Shown in pieces: positions 29,202 to 38,401 of a stretch of DNA of 44,603 nt. The DNA is from Pseudomonadota bacterium (GTDB taxonomy: Bacteria; Pseudomonadota; Alphaproteobacteria; Rhodobacterales; Rhodobacteraceae). The first letter of the stretch is position 1. Every line of letters starts with the position of its first letter. Under the pieces are notes generated by a model, which did not search any database, had not been told where the DNA came from, and was given only the letters and a program-made list of their open reading frames with translations. The DNA lies in the NCBI GenBank assembly GCA_039816075.1, contig JBCBYE010000001.1, positions 1-44,603 of the forward strand. Direction: 5' to 3'. The position numbers were made by a program, and so were the translations under genes.

Positions 29202-29924
29202 TCAGGCGGCGCGGCGGCGCCTGACCCAGCCGGCCAGGGCGAAGGCGCTCGCCGTCAGCACGATCCCCGCGGGGACGGGCATGGCATGGACCGAGACCAG
29301 ATCCTGCGCGTCCGGATCGTTGGCCTGGCCGTTCCACAGCGTGAGCTGGAACCGCTTGGGACCCGCATAGGCGGCGGCGTCGGCGAGATACCGGTTGGCC
29401 AGGGTCGAGACCTGCGCGCGGCCGGAGGTCATCTTGAAGAAGTCCGTGCCCGAGCCGGTCGTCACGTCGCCGTCGGTGTCGTAGACCGAGTCCCAGATCG
29501 CCGCCTGGAAGGCCGCCGATGCGTCGTGGTTCACCCCGGTTTCGAAGACAGCCGTGTCGTAGACCGCGTCGAACAGGGATTGCAGCCGCGCCAGCGCCGC
29601 GGTCGGGATCGGCGAGGGCGACGTCGCGTAGTCGATCGGGTTGGTCACCGGGGGCGTGCCGCCGGAGATGTAGTCGAACAGATCGATGCACCAGGCGACG
29701 AAGCTGTCGGTCGTGCCGTGATGGGACATGGTGAAGGCGCCGGCGCTGGCCCCGCCCGAGGCGCTTTCCCCCGGGGCCGGCCAGCCGGCGGCCGCCGACC
29801 AGCCGATGTTGCGGCGGCCATGGTCCTGCCCGTCGAAATCGAGCTGCACGGTGGTCGCGGCGGCGGCCGAGGCCGCCAGGCCCGCCGCGGCGAGCGCGGC
29901 GGCGAAGATGGATGCGTGTCGCAT
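29202..29924 (-). CDS. VPLPA-CTERM exosortase substrate with a thioester-domain-like core
   Basis: Ala-rich signal peptide; SFVAWCIDL, AAFQAAIWD, AQDLV; C-terminal MPVPAG + TM + RRRR. Confidence 0.85.
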   Translation of the reverse strand: MRHASIFAAALAAAGLAASAAAATTVQLDFDGQDHGRRNIGWSAAAGWPAPGESASGGASAGAFTMSHHGTTDSFVAWCIDLFDYISGGTPPVTNPIDYATSPSPIPTAALARLQSLFDAVYDTAVFETGVNHDASAAFQAAIWDSVYDTDGDVTTGSGTDFFKMTSGRAQVSTLANRYLADAAAYAGPKRFQLTLWNGQANDPDAQDLVSVHAMPVPAGIVLTASAFALAGWVRRRRAA

Positions 29925-29985
29925 GGAGCCTCCCCAAGCTCTTGAAGACTGCGGAGCGCCCGACGCGACACGGCGCGATTCGAAA

Positions 29986-30011
29986 TGAAATTCGTGTGAA
30001 GCTTACATGAA
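29986..30011. promoter_or_regulatory. Three TGAA half-sites at 11-bp period upstream of the first VPLPA-CTERM gene
   Basis: TGAA at 29986, 29997, 30008. Confidence 0.45.
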
Positions 30012-30233
30012 AATCGGGCGAAAATCCGGCCGAGGACGGGGCAGGGCGCGGGGCGGCGCCTTAAGCCATGAAATAATTGATTTTTTTGATATGTTGCAGC
30101 GCAGTATTCGCGGCGCGGTCCGGCCGTGGGGACTTGGCGGTCTTGCGAGGGCGTCTTGCGGGGCCGTCAGGTCTGCTCGAGCGCCGGGTCGCGAGGACTT
30201 CAGGCTTGCCGCGTGGCGGCGTTTCCTTATGCG

Positions 30234-30255
30234 CCCCGACGGCGGGGTTTTTTTT
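30234..30255 (+). terminator. Intrinsic terminator-like hairpin with U-tail on the + strand
   Basis: CCCCG-ACGG-CGGGG followed by T8; orientation opposite to both flanking genes. Confidence 0.4.
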
Positions 30256-31006
30256 ATGCGCCGCCCCGACGGCGGCGACGCACCAGCGCCGCCAGGCCGA
30301 AGCCGCCCAGCAACAGCATCGCGCCCGCGGGCAGGGGCATGGAGATCGCCACCAGGCTCTGCGTGTTGGAGGCGCGGCCGTCGTATTCCACCAGCTTCAC
30401 CGTGGGCGTCGGGCCGGCGAAGTCGCGCGCCAGGGCCAGATAGGCGTTGGCCTGCTTGCGCACCGCCCAGTGGTTCTGGGACTGCCAGCCGTCGCGGATC
30501 TTGAAGTAATCCGGCTCGGACGGGTCCGACACCTTCTTCCAGTGGAAGTCGCCCGCATCCCAGTCGTCGTCGTAGATCGCGTCCCAGATCGCCACCTGGA
30601 AGGCGGCGGTCTTGACCTGGCTGGCGAGCACCGCGTCCTCGTCGTAGGCGGCGGCGAAGAGCCGTTCGAGATCGCCGCGCTGTTCGGTCGTGAGCACGTT
30701 CTGCCGCACATAGGTGCGCGACGTCCCTTCCTGGTGCAGCGACGTGGCGATGTCGATGCACCAGGCGATGAAGGATTTGCCCGGATTGGTGCCGGTCACG
30801 CTGAAGGTGCCGGCATAGGCGTGGAAGTTCTGCGCCTCGCCCCCGGCGCGGGCCTGCACGCGCACGACGCGCGACCCCGCCTCGAACCCGTCGAAGGTGA
30901 GGTCGGTCGTCGTCGTGGCCAGAGCGGACCCGGCGCTCAGCGCCAGGGTCGTGCCGGCGGTCAGCGCCAGGGCGGCCGCGGCGGTCCATCGCGTAAGGGC
31001 GTGCAT
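30254..31006 (-). CDS. VPLPA-CTERM exosortase substrate with a thioester-domain-like core (paralog of 29202..29924)
   Basis: Signal peptide; SFIAWCIDI, AAFQVAIWD, TQSLV; C-terminal MPLPAG + TM + RRRRR; alternative start 31036. Confidence 0.87.
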   Translation of the reverse strand: MHALTRWTAAAALALTAGTTLALSAGSALATTTTDLTFDGFEAGSRVVRVQARAGGEAQNFHAYAGTFSVTGTNPGKSFIAWCIDIATSLHQEGTSRTYVRQNVLTTEQRGDLERLFAAAYDEDAVLASQVKTAAFQVAIWDAIYDDDWDAGDFHWKKVSDPSEPDYFKIRDGWQSQNHWAVRKQANAYLALARDFAGPTPTVKLVEYDGRASNTQSLVAISMPLPAGAMLLLGGFGLAALVRRRRRGGA

Positions 31007-31100
31007 GCTCGGATTTCCCCCATCCGTGCCTGACATCGAAAGCTACGCGACGATTCGAATACGCTGTAATCTCTTCTAGCGTGTATCAGGCGCGCGGGGG

Positions 31101-31193
31101 TGAATGAAAGCTGAATCTTGGTTGACGTTCAAAGGGCCGTCACATTCCGAAAGCGGTTGTTCGAATCGCCGGCTGCCGTTAAGAGAGCATTAA
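31101..31193. promoter_or_regulatory. CtrA consensus box plus a TGAA array between divergent VPLPA-CTERM genes
   Basis: GTTAA-GAGAGCA-TTAA 31178..31193 equals TTAA-N7-TTAAC on the minus strand; TGAA/TGAA/TGAC at 31101, 31112, 31123. Confidence 0.65.
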
Positions 31194-31284
31194 GATTTGA
31201 TGTGAGGGTCGCGTATTTCGCCCGCCGCATGTTTCCGGGGTCGCGTCGGTTGACCTCTTGAACGTTGCCCTTGGGGGTGCAGCC

Positions 31285-31914
31285 ATGAAATTCGCGACTT
31301 GGGCCGCTGCCGCGGTCCTTTCCATCGCCCCGTTCGCCGCGCAGGCGGTGACGACGACCGAGGTCGGCGACCTCGACTACACGACGAACGGTCACGCCCT
31401 GCAGCTGTGGGAGATGACCGACGGCACGGACACGGCGACCGCGTCCGGCACCGTGACGACGGACGGGATCACCTTCGATCCGTTCGTGCAGGTTCTGAAC
31501 GATCTCTCCAACGGATCTCTTCTGACGGGCGAGCTCATCACGGGTCCGGCCTCCACCACCGCCGGTTCGGTCAAGTTCAAGTTCCAGGCCGTGGGCTCGG
31601 GCCTGGTGGCGACCAACTTCTCGACCGAAAGCCCGCTGGCGGCGTGGACCGGTCTTGAGATCTCGTGGCTGGATTCGAGCATGAACGTGCTGAGCACGCT
31701 CGACTCGAACTTCAACAGCACGACGCTCTTCACCACCTTCGCCGAGGGCGACGAGCAGTTCCTCGTGGCCTCGTGGGACGGCTACACGAACAACGGCAGC
31801 AACCTGGATTTCCGGGTCGAAGCCGCCATCCCCGTGCCCGCCGGCGTCCTGCTGATCGGCACCGCGTTCCTCGCCGCCGGCGCCGCGCGCCGCTTCGGCC
31901 GCAAGGCGGCCTGA
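31285..31914 (+). CDS. VPLPA-CTERM exosortase substrate, Ser/Thr-rich, Cys-free
   Basis: Signal peptide ending AQA; C-terminal IPVPAG + TM + RRFGRK. Confidence 0.85.
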   Translation: MKFATWAAAAVLSIAPFAAQAVTTTEVGDLDYTTNGHALQLWEMTDGTDTATASGTVTTDGITFDPFVQVLNDLSNGSLLTGELITGPASTTAGSVKFKFQAVGSGLVATNFSTESPLAAWTGLEISWLDSSMNVLSTLDSNFNSTTLFTTFAEGDEQFLVASWDGYTNNGSNLDFRVEAAIPVPAGVLLIGTAFLAAGAARRFGRKAA

Positions 31915-31953
31915 GCGACGGCGGACGGCCTCGCCCGTGCGGTAAACCATGAA

Positions 31954-31983
31954 AAGGGGCCGTTCCGCGGCCCCTTCGCTTTG
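31954..31983 (+). terminator. Intrinsic terminator
   Basis: AAGGGGCCG-TTCCG-CGGCCCCTT stem-loop 40 nt after the stop, weak U-tail. Confidence 0.6.
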
Positions 31984-32010
31984 CGAGGCTTGCCGCAACG
32001 GCTCAAATAT

Positions 32011-32027
32011 ATGAACATTTGGTTCAT
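32011..32027. promoter_or_regulatory. Palindromic ATGAA-N7-TTCAT box upstream of the priming transferase
   Basis: ATGAACATTTGGTTCAT; same pattern as 5754..5770. Confidence 0.45.
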
Positions 32028-32103
32028 GTTTTAGAGATTCGGACCCGCAGGGCGGGGCCTGCGCTCCGAAACGCCGCCGCGATCATCTGCAGGGGGATGC
32101 AGC

Positions 32104-32790
32104 ATGAACCGACAGGGCTTCGCCGAGACCTTGGACCTCGCCGCGCCGGCGCCCGCCGAGCGCGCCGAGCGCGATCTGGCCGCCGGCCTCTACGCCCGCC
32201 GCGGCAAGCGCGCGCTCGACACCGTCCTGATCCTGCTCGCCGCGCCCTTCGTGCTGCCGGTCGTCGCCCTGCTGGCGCTGCTGGTGGCGCTGGACGGCGG
32301 GCCGGCCTTCTACGGGCAGACGCGCCTGGGCAAGGGCGGCCGGCCCTTCACCTGCTGGAAGCTGCGCTCCATGGCCGTGGACGCCGACGCGCGCCTCGCC
32401 GCGCTGCTGGCCGAGGATCCCGCCGCCGCCGCCGAATGGGCCCGCAGCCAGAAGCTGAGCCGCGATCCGCGCATCACGCCCCTGGGCCGCCGGCTGCGCG
32501 CGGTCAGCTTCGACGAGCTGCCGCAGCTGTGGAACGTGCTGCGCGGCGAGATGGCCCTGGTGGGCCCGCGCCCCATGACGCCCGAGCAGGCGCCGATCTA
32601 TCCCGGCCGCGCCTATTTCGCGGTGCGCCCGGGGCTGACCGGGCCCTGGCAGGTCTCCGAACGTCACGAGAGCGCCTTCGCCGGCCGCGCCGGCTACGAC
32701 GCCGCCTATGTGCGCGACCTGTCCCTGGCCTCCGACATCCGCCTGCTGGCCCGCACCGTCGGCGTGGTCCTGCGCGGGCAGGGGGCCTGA
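32104..32790 (+). CDS. Priming sugar transferase (ExoY/WcaJ-type phosphoglycosyltransferase)
   Basis: KRALD, one TM, FTCWKLRSM, DPRITPLG, DELPQLWNVLRGEMALVGPRP, RPGLTGPWQV. Confidence 0.95.
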   Translation: MNRQGFAETLDLAAPAPAERAERDLAAGLYARRGKRALDTVLILLAAPFVLPVVALLALLVALDGGPAFYGQTRLGKGGRPFTCWKLRSMAVDADARLAALLAEDPAAAAEWARSQKLSRDPRITPLGRRLRAVSFDELPQLWNVLRGEMALVGPRPMTPEQAPIYPGRAYFAVRPGLTGPWQVSERHESAFAGRAGYDAAYVRDLSLASDIRLLARTVGVVLRGQGA

Positions 32791-33114
32791 GCGGGGGGGC
32801 GTCGGGCGTTCAAAACCCCAAGGCTTGCATGTGAACACCGCACCTTTACAGCGAGGCTATCCGAAATCGGTCAAAACGACTGGCCAAGGCTCCGGCTCGC
32901 TATGATCCGGGTCGGAAAGGCCGTCGAGACACGCTCGATCCGTAGATCCTCGCTCAGATAACTGGGTTCTTGCGGGTGTCCAGCTCATGTGGACCCACAA
33001 CAGAGCGTAGGCTATTGATATGTGCTGAATTCAAAATAATAACAATATCTTGTTGATCAGTATTATAGGAATCCACCCACATAATGAATGCTGCATTTTT
33101 CACTTTGAAATAAA

Positions 33115-34773
33115 CTAAAAATCTCTCAAGTATAATATCCAGTAAATGCCCCCCCTATAATATGAGAAATTCGTATCAATATAGGCCTCATACATTTCGA
33201 AAGTTGCCTCGCCACCCCTTGGGATCATCAAGAATCCTACGCCCTGAAACATTGCCCCTGGTTCTATGTATTGGGACTGGGTGAACGAGCGTCCCTCGTG
33301 CAGCCAGATCGGGGTTCCCGGCGGGGAGGGCTGGTTCAGCAGCATCGGGAAGGGATTGGCGAAGGCCAGCGTCGCCACGCGGCCGGCCCCCGGGTCTTGG
33401 GCGCCCGCGGCCCGCAACGCCTCGAGGCCGGCGAGAACGCCGGCGCGTCCGTCGGGAACCGAGTTCAGCAGGCCGGTCGGCTGCTCGATCAGATAGGGCT
33501 CGAATCTCAGATCGGCGTAAGGCGTTCCGGCGAAGGCAGGATCCGGACCGTTCAGACGATATTGCAGCCGCTGTCCGACATGCATGCCGATGTCGACGAT
33601 CGGATAGAAAGAAACGAACATGACGGCGCCCGAGACCAGAACGCGCGCCCGAGCATCGAAGGCGCGGTCGTTCGCCGCCGGGCCGCGCAGTCGGTTCGTC
33701 CATTCCAGCGCGACGAGCGGAACCAGCGGATAGACGGCCGCCTCGAACGCGTAGTGGTTCTGCATCAGGATCGCGCAGCCCGCGCCGGCCAGCAGCGACA
33801 TGAACGCGATCGGTCGTAGAAACTCCGCGGCCTCCGCCAGCCGCAGGGGCCGGGATGGAAAGCGCTCGACGGTCGCGAGATAGGCGATGGCCCCGATGAT
33901 GCCATAGAGCGCCATTTCGCCGAACTGCGCGAACAGCTTTCTCAGCCGCAATCCGTTCGCGGGCATCTGCGCGGTCGTGGCGAGATCCTTGAAATAGGCC
34001 GACACCTGCCCCGTGCCGGCCTCGAAAACGCCGAGGGTGGCGATGAACGCGACTATGATGAACAGGCTGTCGCGCCGGGACTCGGAGATCAACACGAAGC
34101 GTGCGCCTGCCAAGCCCAGCGCCGCAGCGCCGTACGTGACCTTGAGCATGAGCAAAAGCGCTATGGCGAGGCCCAAGACCAGATCGGCCCAGGGATCGCG
34201 GCGATGGGGAAGAACCAGCCGCAGCGCGACGGGGATGAAAAGCGCCCAGGCCCAGCGGTTGTAGGGCGCGAGGAAATGCATGGCCGCGTCGCTCAGCACT
34301 TCGCCGTTGCCGCGCCCGGACACGGCGACGGTCGCCACCGAGAGCAGAACGATGGAGAGCCCCAGCAGGCTCATCTGCCGTCGGAGCATGATCACGGTGA
34401 GCAGGAGCGCCAGAAGCCCGGCGAGGGCGCCGGCATGCATGACGGTCGAGGCCGTCGGCGTGCTGTCGAGCGCCGCCGCCAAGCCGTAGACATGGTAATA
34501 GACCGGCCCGATCGGACTGAAGAAGTCCACGCTTGAAAGCAGACCATGCCGGGCCTTGTTCAGAGCCTCCGTGGCGGTCCAGAAATCTCCGAAGTAACCA
34601 TCGTGGTTGAAATAAATGCCCTCGGCGAGCCCGGCCAGGCAGAGCGCTGCCGCGGCTCCGACAAGATTGAGCGCCGCCATGTTGGCGAAGTACCGACCTG
34701 GCGTCGAAAACGTTATGAAGGCTGCGGCAATGATGAACGCCGTGGCCGTCAGATAGACGGCGAGCATCATCAT
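33115..34773 (-). CDS. Polytopic membrane protein, probable GT-C (lipid-phosphate-sugar-dependent) glycosyltransferase
   Basis: About 11 or more hydrophobic segments; first loop GD...G...VDFFSPIGP resembles GT-C loop 1; last gene of an operon starting with GtrA and a DPM-like GT2. Confidence 0.55.
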   Translation of the reverse strand: MMMLAVYLTATAFIIAAAFITFSTPGRYFANMAALNLVGAAAALCLAGLAEGIYFNHDGYFGDFWTATEALNKARHGLLSSVDFFSPIGPVYYHVYGLAAALDSTPTASTVMHAGALAGLLALLLTVIMLRRQMSLLGLSIVLLSVATVAVSGRGNGEVLSDAAMHFLAPYNRWAWALFIPVALRLVLPHRRDPWADLVLGLAIALLLMLKVTYGAAALGLAGARFVLISESRRDSLFIIVAFIATLGVFEAGTGQVSAYFKDLATTAQMPANGLRLRKLFAQFGEMALYGIIGAIAYLATVERFPSRPLRLAEAAEFLRPIAFMSLLAGAGCAILMQNHYAFEAAVYPLVPLVALEWTNRLRGPAANDRAFDARARVLVSGAVMFVSFYPIVDIGMHVGQRLQYRLNGPDPAFAGTPYADLRFEPYLIEQPTGLLNSVPDGRAGVLAGLEALRAAGAQDPGAGRVATLAFANPFPMLLNQPSPPGTPIWLHEGRSFTQSQYIEPGAMFQGVGFLMIPRGGEATFEMYEAYIDTNFSYYRGGIYWILYLRDF

Positions 34774-35537
34774 GGGGGATATCCCAAGGCGAGGCGGCGC
34801 GCAGCCTCGGGAGGATCGGCGATGAACGCATCGACCTGATCCGGCGTGCCCAGCATGCCTACATCGTCCAGCCGCACCTGGGAGATGCGGACCGTCGCGC
34901 CGTCGGCGATCAGCTGGTTGTAGAGCGGGGCCACGTAGCGCTCTCCCTTTTCCTCGCGGCCGGCCACGCCGTAATAGGCGTGATAGGCCTCCACGTAGCG
35001 GCGGGCGCTGTCGAACCAGTAAAGCCCGACCGTCGCATGATCCGAAATCCGGCGCTTTTCGCGCAGTTCGACGACGTCGCCGCGCGCGTCGAGCCGGGCG
35101 AAGGACCAGCCGTCGCCTGGGGCCGGAAAGCAGGGAATCCAGCCGGCGCAGTCCTGGGGAGAGGGCGGCGCCATCGCCCGCGGGGCGACGAAGGTGTCGA
35201 TGTTGTAGATCGCGAACGGCGCGTCCTGCGGCGCGGACCGGGCCAGCAGAAGCGCGGTCGTCGCCTGCCCGTCGGTCATCTCCTCGATCGTCGCGACCTC
35301 GGCCTCGGCGATGCCGAGCGCGCCGAGCCGCGTGGGGATGTAGTCCGTCGCCCCAAGCTCGCCCCGCACGGCGAAGGCGAAGCGCCAGCCGGCGGCGCGG
35401 AACGCCTCGAGGCTCAGCATCGACCAGTCGAACAGCGGCCTGCCGAGCGCGTCGACCTCGTATTTCGGCCTGTCGTATCCGGCCTTGGCGAAACGGCTGC
35501 CGAGGCCGGCCATGGTGATCGCGAGCGTGCCGCTCAT
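34770..35537 (-). CDS. Nucleotidyltransferase-like protein (BcbE/BcbG/Kfo-type capsule gene)
   Basis: ITMAGLGSRF..AGY..PK, TDGQATT, IYNIDT, EKRRIS.HATVGLYWF, LGTP; ATGA overlap with upstream gene. Confidence 0.8.
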   Translation of the reverse strand: MSGTLAITMAGLGSRFAKAGYDRPKYEVDALGRPLFDWSMLSLEAFRAAGWRFAFAVRGELGATDYIPTRLGALGIAEAEVATIEEMTDGQATTALLLARSAPQDAPFAIYNIDTFVAPRAMAPPSPQDCAGWIPCFPAPGDGWSFARLDARGDVVELREKRRISDHATVGLYWFDSARRYVEAYHAYYGVAGREEKGERYVAPLYNQLIADGATVRISQVRLDDVGMLGTPDQVDAFIADPPEAARRLALGYPP

Positions 35538-35971
35538 GGACGATCGTCCTCGCGCTTGCGGCCGGTCTCGGCCGTCTTGGCCAGGCGGTCGCGTTCGACC
35601 AAGGCGTTCAGCGCGTCGAAATCGAGCTCCACGAACTCCCGAGGCCGCACGGCGCGGTCGTCGATGTAGAAGCCCTGACGGCCCGGCCAGGGCTTGGCCA
35701 GATGAAGCTCGTCGAACGGAACGTCGTGCTCCGCGAGCCATCGCAGCATGTCCGGCGCGACATGCTTGCCGATCCGCCCGACATTGCCCTCGTTGCTGCG
35801 CATGCCGCGGGCCGAGTGGAGAATGATCCGCCAGCCTTCGGCGTGCAGCGCGCGCAGCTTGGCGAGCATCCGCGGTTCGGGCGGCATGTCGGCATAGCGC
35901 TCGCCCGGCCGTTTGATCGGGCACAGCGTGCCGTCGACGTCGACGACGAGGGCCTTCTCTTCTTCAATCAT
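35534..35971 (-). CDS. HAD-IIIC phosphatase, EcbF/BcbF capsule-biosynthesis family
   Basis: VVDVDGTLC, ILHSARGM, VPFDELHLAKPW, FYIDDRAVRP. Confidence 0.88.
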   Translation of the reverse strand: MIEEEKALVVDVDGTLCPIKRPGERYADMPPEPRMLAKLRALHAEGWRIILHSARGMRSNEGNVGRIGKHVAPDMLRWLAEHDVPFDELHLAKPWPGRQGFYIDDRAVRPREFVELDFDALNALVERDRLAKTAETGRKREDDRP

Positions 35972-37430
35972 CGATCCCCTCCAGCTCTTCGATGATGTCC
36001 CGCGCGATGAGGGCGAAGCCCAGCAGCTTTCCCTGATGGTCCAGATGCAGCGGCAGCATGGACAGGAACAGCGACGCCTCCACGGCGCGGACATGGCGAT
36101 AGCGCCAGCCCTCCGCCTCGAGGCGGTCGCGGAACCTGCGCTTCATCCAGTCGGGCGCTCCGCCCCGATGGAGCCGCGCCTCGAGCGCGAGGTCGGCGTC
36201 GACTTCGATGGAGAACAAGCCGTTGTTCACGAAGTCGTAGCCGCCGCAGATGGAGTGCGAGAACTTGGCGATGTCGTAGAGCGGATGCATCAGCCCCTCC
36301 TCCCGCCGCGTCGCCCCGCGGGGGTCGATGAGGCGCATGAGGCCGATCCGCCGGTCGAAGAGAATGTTCGAAAGGCAGGGATCGCCGTGGCTGAAGGCCA
36401 GATGATCGGCGCCGTGATCGGCGAGGGCCCTGTCGATCAGCGGCGCCGCGCGGCGCCTGAGGCCGGCCAGCCCTTCGTCGATGGCCCCGGCCGCCAGATA
36501 GGCGTCGACGCGCCGCCCGACCTCGGCGTCCGCGAAGCGCTCCAGACGATCGTTCATCTTCCGCAGGATCTGTTCGCGACCGCGCTCCAGCACGGCCGGG
36601 GCGTCGAGCGGTTCGCGCGCGCGCGTCGCGGCGTAGGCGAAGAACTGGTCGAGCAGCTGATCGAAATGCGCCTCCGAGAAGGCGCCTAGCACGAACTGAA
36701 GCGCGGCGTCGGGAACCCTCAGGTTCTCCATCCTGTAGGACGCGTCGTCCGGGCCTTCCTCGTAGCCGAAGGTCGGCAGAAGGAACCGGCGCATCGCCGG
36801 AGGCGCCAGCTCGAAGAAGTCATGCTCGGCACGCATCTTGGCGATGTCGGTCGAGCTTTTGACGAAGACGTCGCCATCCGCCGAGAGGCTGTTGAAGGCC
36901 CGCGTTTCCGTCGCGCCCGCCAGAAAGCGTCGAAGCGATCCGGCCTGACGCAGATCGACGAATTCCAGCTGATGGGACGTGCGGGCCGCTTCGCCGGCGA
37001 GCTGCAGCATGAAGGAGCGCTTGTCCCTGGCCGAGCGCATCGACAGCAGCGCGGCGGCATCGGCCGGGAACAGCACGGTCGGCGCCTCGTCCTCGAAGAC
37101 CGGTCCGAGGAGCATCGGCCGCAGCGCGTAGCGCATCTTGCGGATCAGGAAGCCGAGCTGCTCCATGTCGAGCGGCGCCGCGACCACGGGAAGCCGAAGC
37201 CAAAGGGTGTCGCCGCGCGCCGCTTCCATCCGCGCGACGACATGGTCCGCATCCTGGTCGGTGCGCAGCACCATGGTTTCGTCGGCGCCGGCGGCCGCGG
37301 CGAGCAGTTCGTCGAGATAGCGGCGCCGGCGGCGAAGCAGGTCGCCGAAATGGACGTCGCCGATCAAGCGTTCGAGCTCCGCCGGAGGCGGTTCCCGATC
37401 GTCGATGACGGCGAACAGCTGGGGTCTCAT
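35964..37430 (-). CDS. APH/choline-kinase-fold phosphotransferase (capsular biosynthesis kinase)
   Basis: TRAFNSL, K..AE, Brenner motif HGDPCLSNIL, LIDPRG, YDIAKFSHS, LFLSMLPLH; ATGA-coupled. Confidence 0.8.
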   Translation of the reverse strand: MRPQLFAVIDDREPPPAELERLIGDVHFGDLLRRRRRYLDELLAAAAGADETMVLRTDQDADHVVARMEAARGDTLWLRLPVVAAPLDMEQLGFLIRKMRYALRPMLLGPVFEDEAPTVLFPADAAALLSMRSARDKRSFMLQLAGEAARTSHQLEFVDLRQAGSLRRFLAGATETRAFNSLSADGDVFVKSSTDIAKMRAEHDFFELAPPAMRRFLLPTFGYEEGPDDASYRMENLRVPDAALQFVLGAFSEAHFDQLLDQFFAYAATRAREPLDAPAVLERGREQILRKMNDRLERFADAEVGRRVDAYLAAGAIDEGLAGLRRRAAPLIDRALADHGADHLAFSHGDPCLSNILFDRRIGLMRLIDPRGATRREEGLMHPLYDIAKFSHSICGGYDFVNNGLFSIEVDADLALEARLHRGGAPDWMKRRFRDRLEAEGWRYRHVRAVEASLFLSMLPLHLDHQGKLLGFALIARDIIEELEGIDD

Positions 37431-38401
37431 GAGGCGACCGAGCGCATCGCATGCGCCGTTGCGGGAACGCGCCGCGGCTCGTGGCGACGCCGCGCCAGAT
37501 AGACCATCGCCACGACCGGCCATGGCAGCATCACCACGACGGTGGACACCGCCAGCGCGGCGCGCAGCAGCGGGTCGTCGCCCATGTTCCACCAGGATGC
37601 GGACAGGCGGGACCCGAGCAGATCGAACGCCTCGGCCATTTCGGCGAACACGCCCGCCGCCGTGCCGTTCACCAGCATCAGGCAGGCCAGAAGCTCGCAC
37701 GACCACACCAGAAACGAGATGACGCACAATTCAGGGGCCCGCTTGCCGGCCACATGGGCGGCGTGCGTGACGACCACGCGGACGGCATCGATGTGGCGCA
37801 AGACCTCCAGGACGCGCGGATTGTTGTGCGTGGCGACGATGTAGTGCTGCAGCTCCGTGAGAATGCGCGGACCGACGACGACGATGGTCAGGGGCACGAC
37901 CGCGGCGAACAGGGTGAACGCCGCCAGCATGGCGGGCGCGCTGTCCAGCGACAGCAGGATCACAAGCAGCGGCACGAGAAAGATCGCATCGAACATGCGG
38001 TCGATGAGCAGCATGGCCGCCGCGTAGACCGCCGCGCCGCTCAGTCTCCAAAGCTCGTGAAGCCGCAGCAGTTCGCCGGACTTGAACGGCAGAACCAGCG
38101 CGATCGGCGCCGTGGCCAGATGCATCAGCGCGGCGGTGCGGCCGGACACGCCCAGCAGATCGATGGACAGCAGCGCCAGGCGGACGGCGCGCAGACCATG
38201 GCTCGTCAAGTACAGAAGGCCGGCCGACAGGATCGCGATCCACGGCAGATCCTGCAGGAACGGGCGCAGAAGGGCGAAGACCAGGCCGGTCGCCGCGAGA
38301 AGCAGCGCGAAGGCTGCTGCACGCGCCCAGGACGCGCGCGCCCGTCGCCGCAGGTCGGAGCCGACGGCCTGCGCCGCGCCCGAAGGCCGCCTGGCCGTCA
38401 T
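37427..38401 (-). CDS. Lysylphosphatidylglycerol-synthase TM domain / flippase-like membrane protein
   Basis: LRAVRL, LPFKSGELLR, LIDRMFD motifs; multiple TMs; ATGA-coupled to upstream GT2. Confidence 0.7.
   Translation of the reverse strand: MTARRPSGAAQAVGSDLRRRARASWARAAAFALLLAATGLVFALLRPFLQDLPWIAILSAGLLYLTSHGLRAVRLALLSIDLLGVSGRTAALMHLATAPIALVLPFKSGELLRLHELWRLSGAAVYAAAMLLIDRMFDAIFLVPLLVILLSLDSAPAMLAAFTLFAAVVPLTIVVVGPRILTELQHYIVATHNNPRVLEVLRHIDAVRVVVTHAAHVAGKRAPELCVISFLVWSCELLACLMLVNGTAAGVFAEMAEAFDLLGSRLSASWWNMGDDPLLRAALAVSTVVVMLPWPVVAMVYLARRRHEPRRVPATAHAMRSVAS

Noticed and set aside
29264-29275. Additional parS-like site TCCCCGCGGGGA
   Set aside because: It encodes the VPAG of the sorting signal and lacks the outer TT/AA arms; probably coincidental
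29925-32103. Sigma-54 promoters as in classic PEP-CTERM loci
   Set aside because: No convincing TGGCAC-N5-TTGC seen by eye upstream of the VPLPA-CTERM genes
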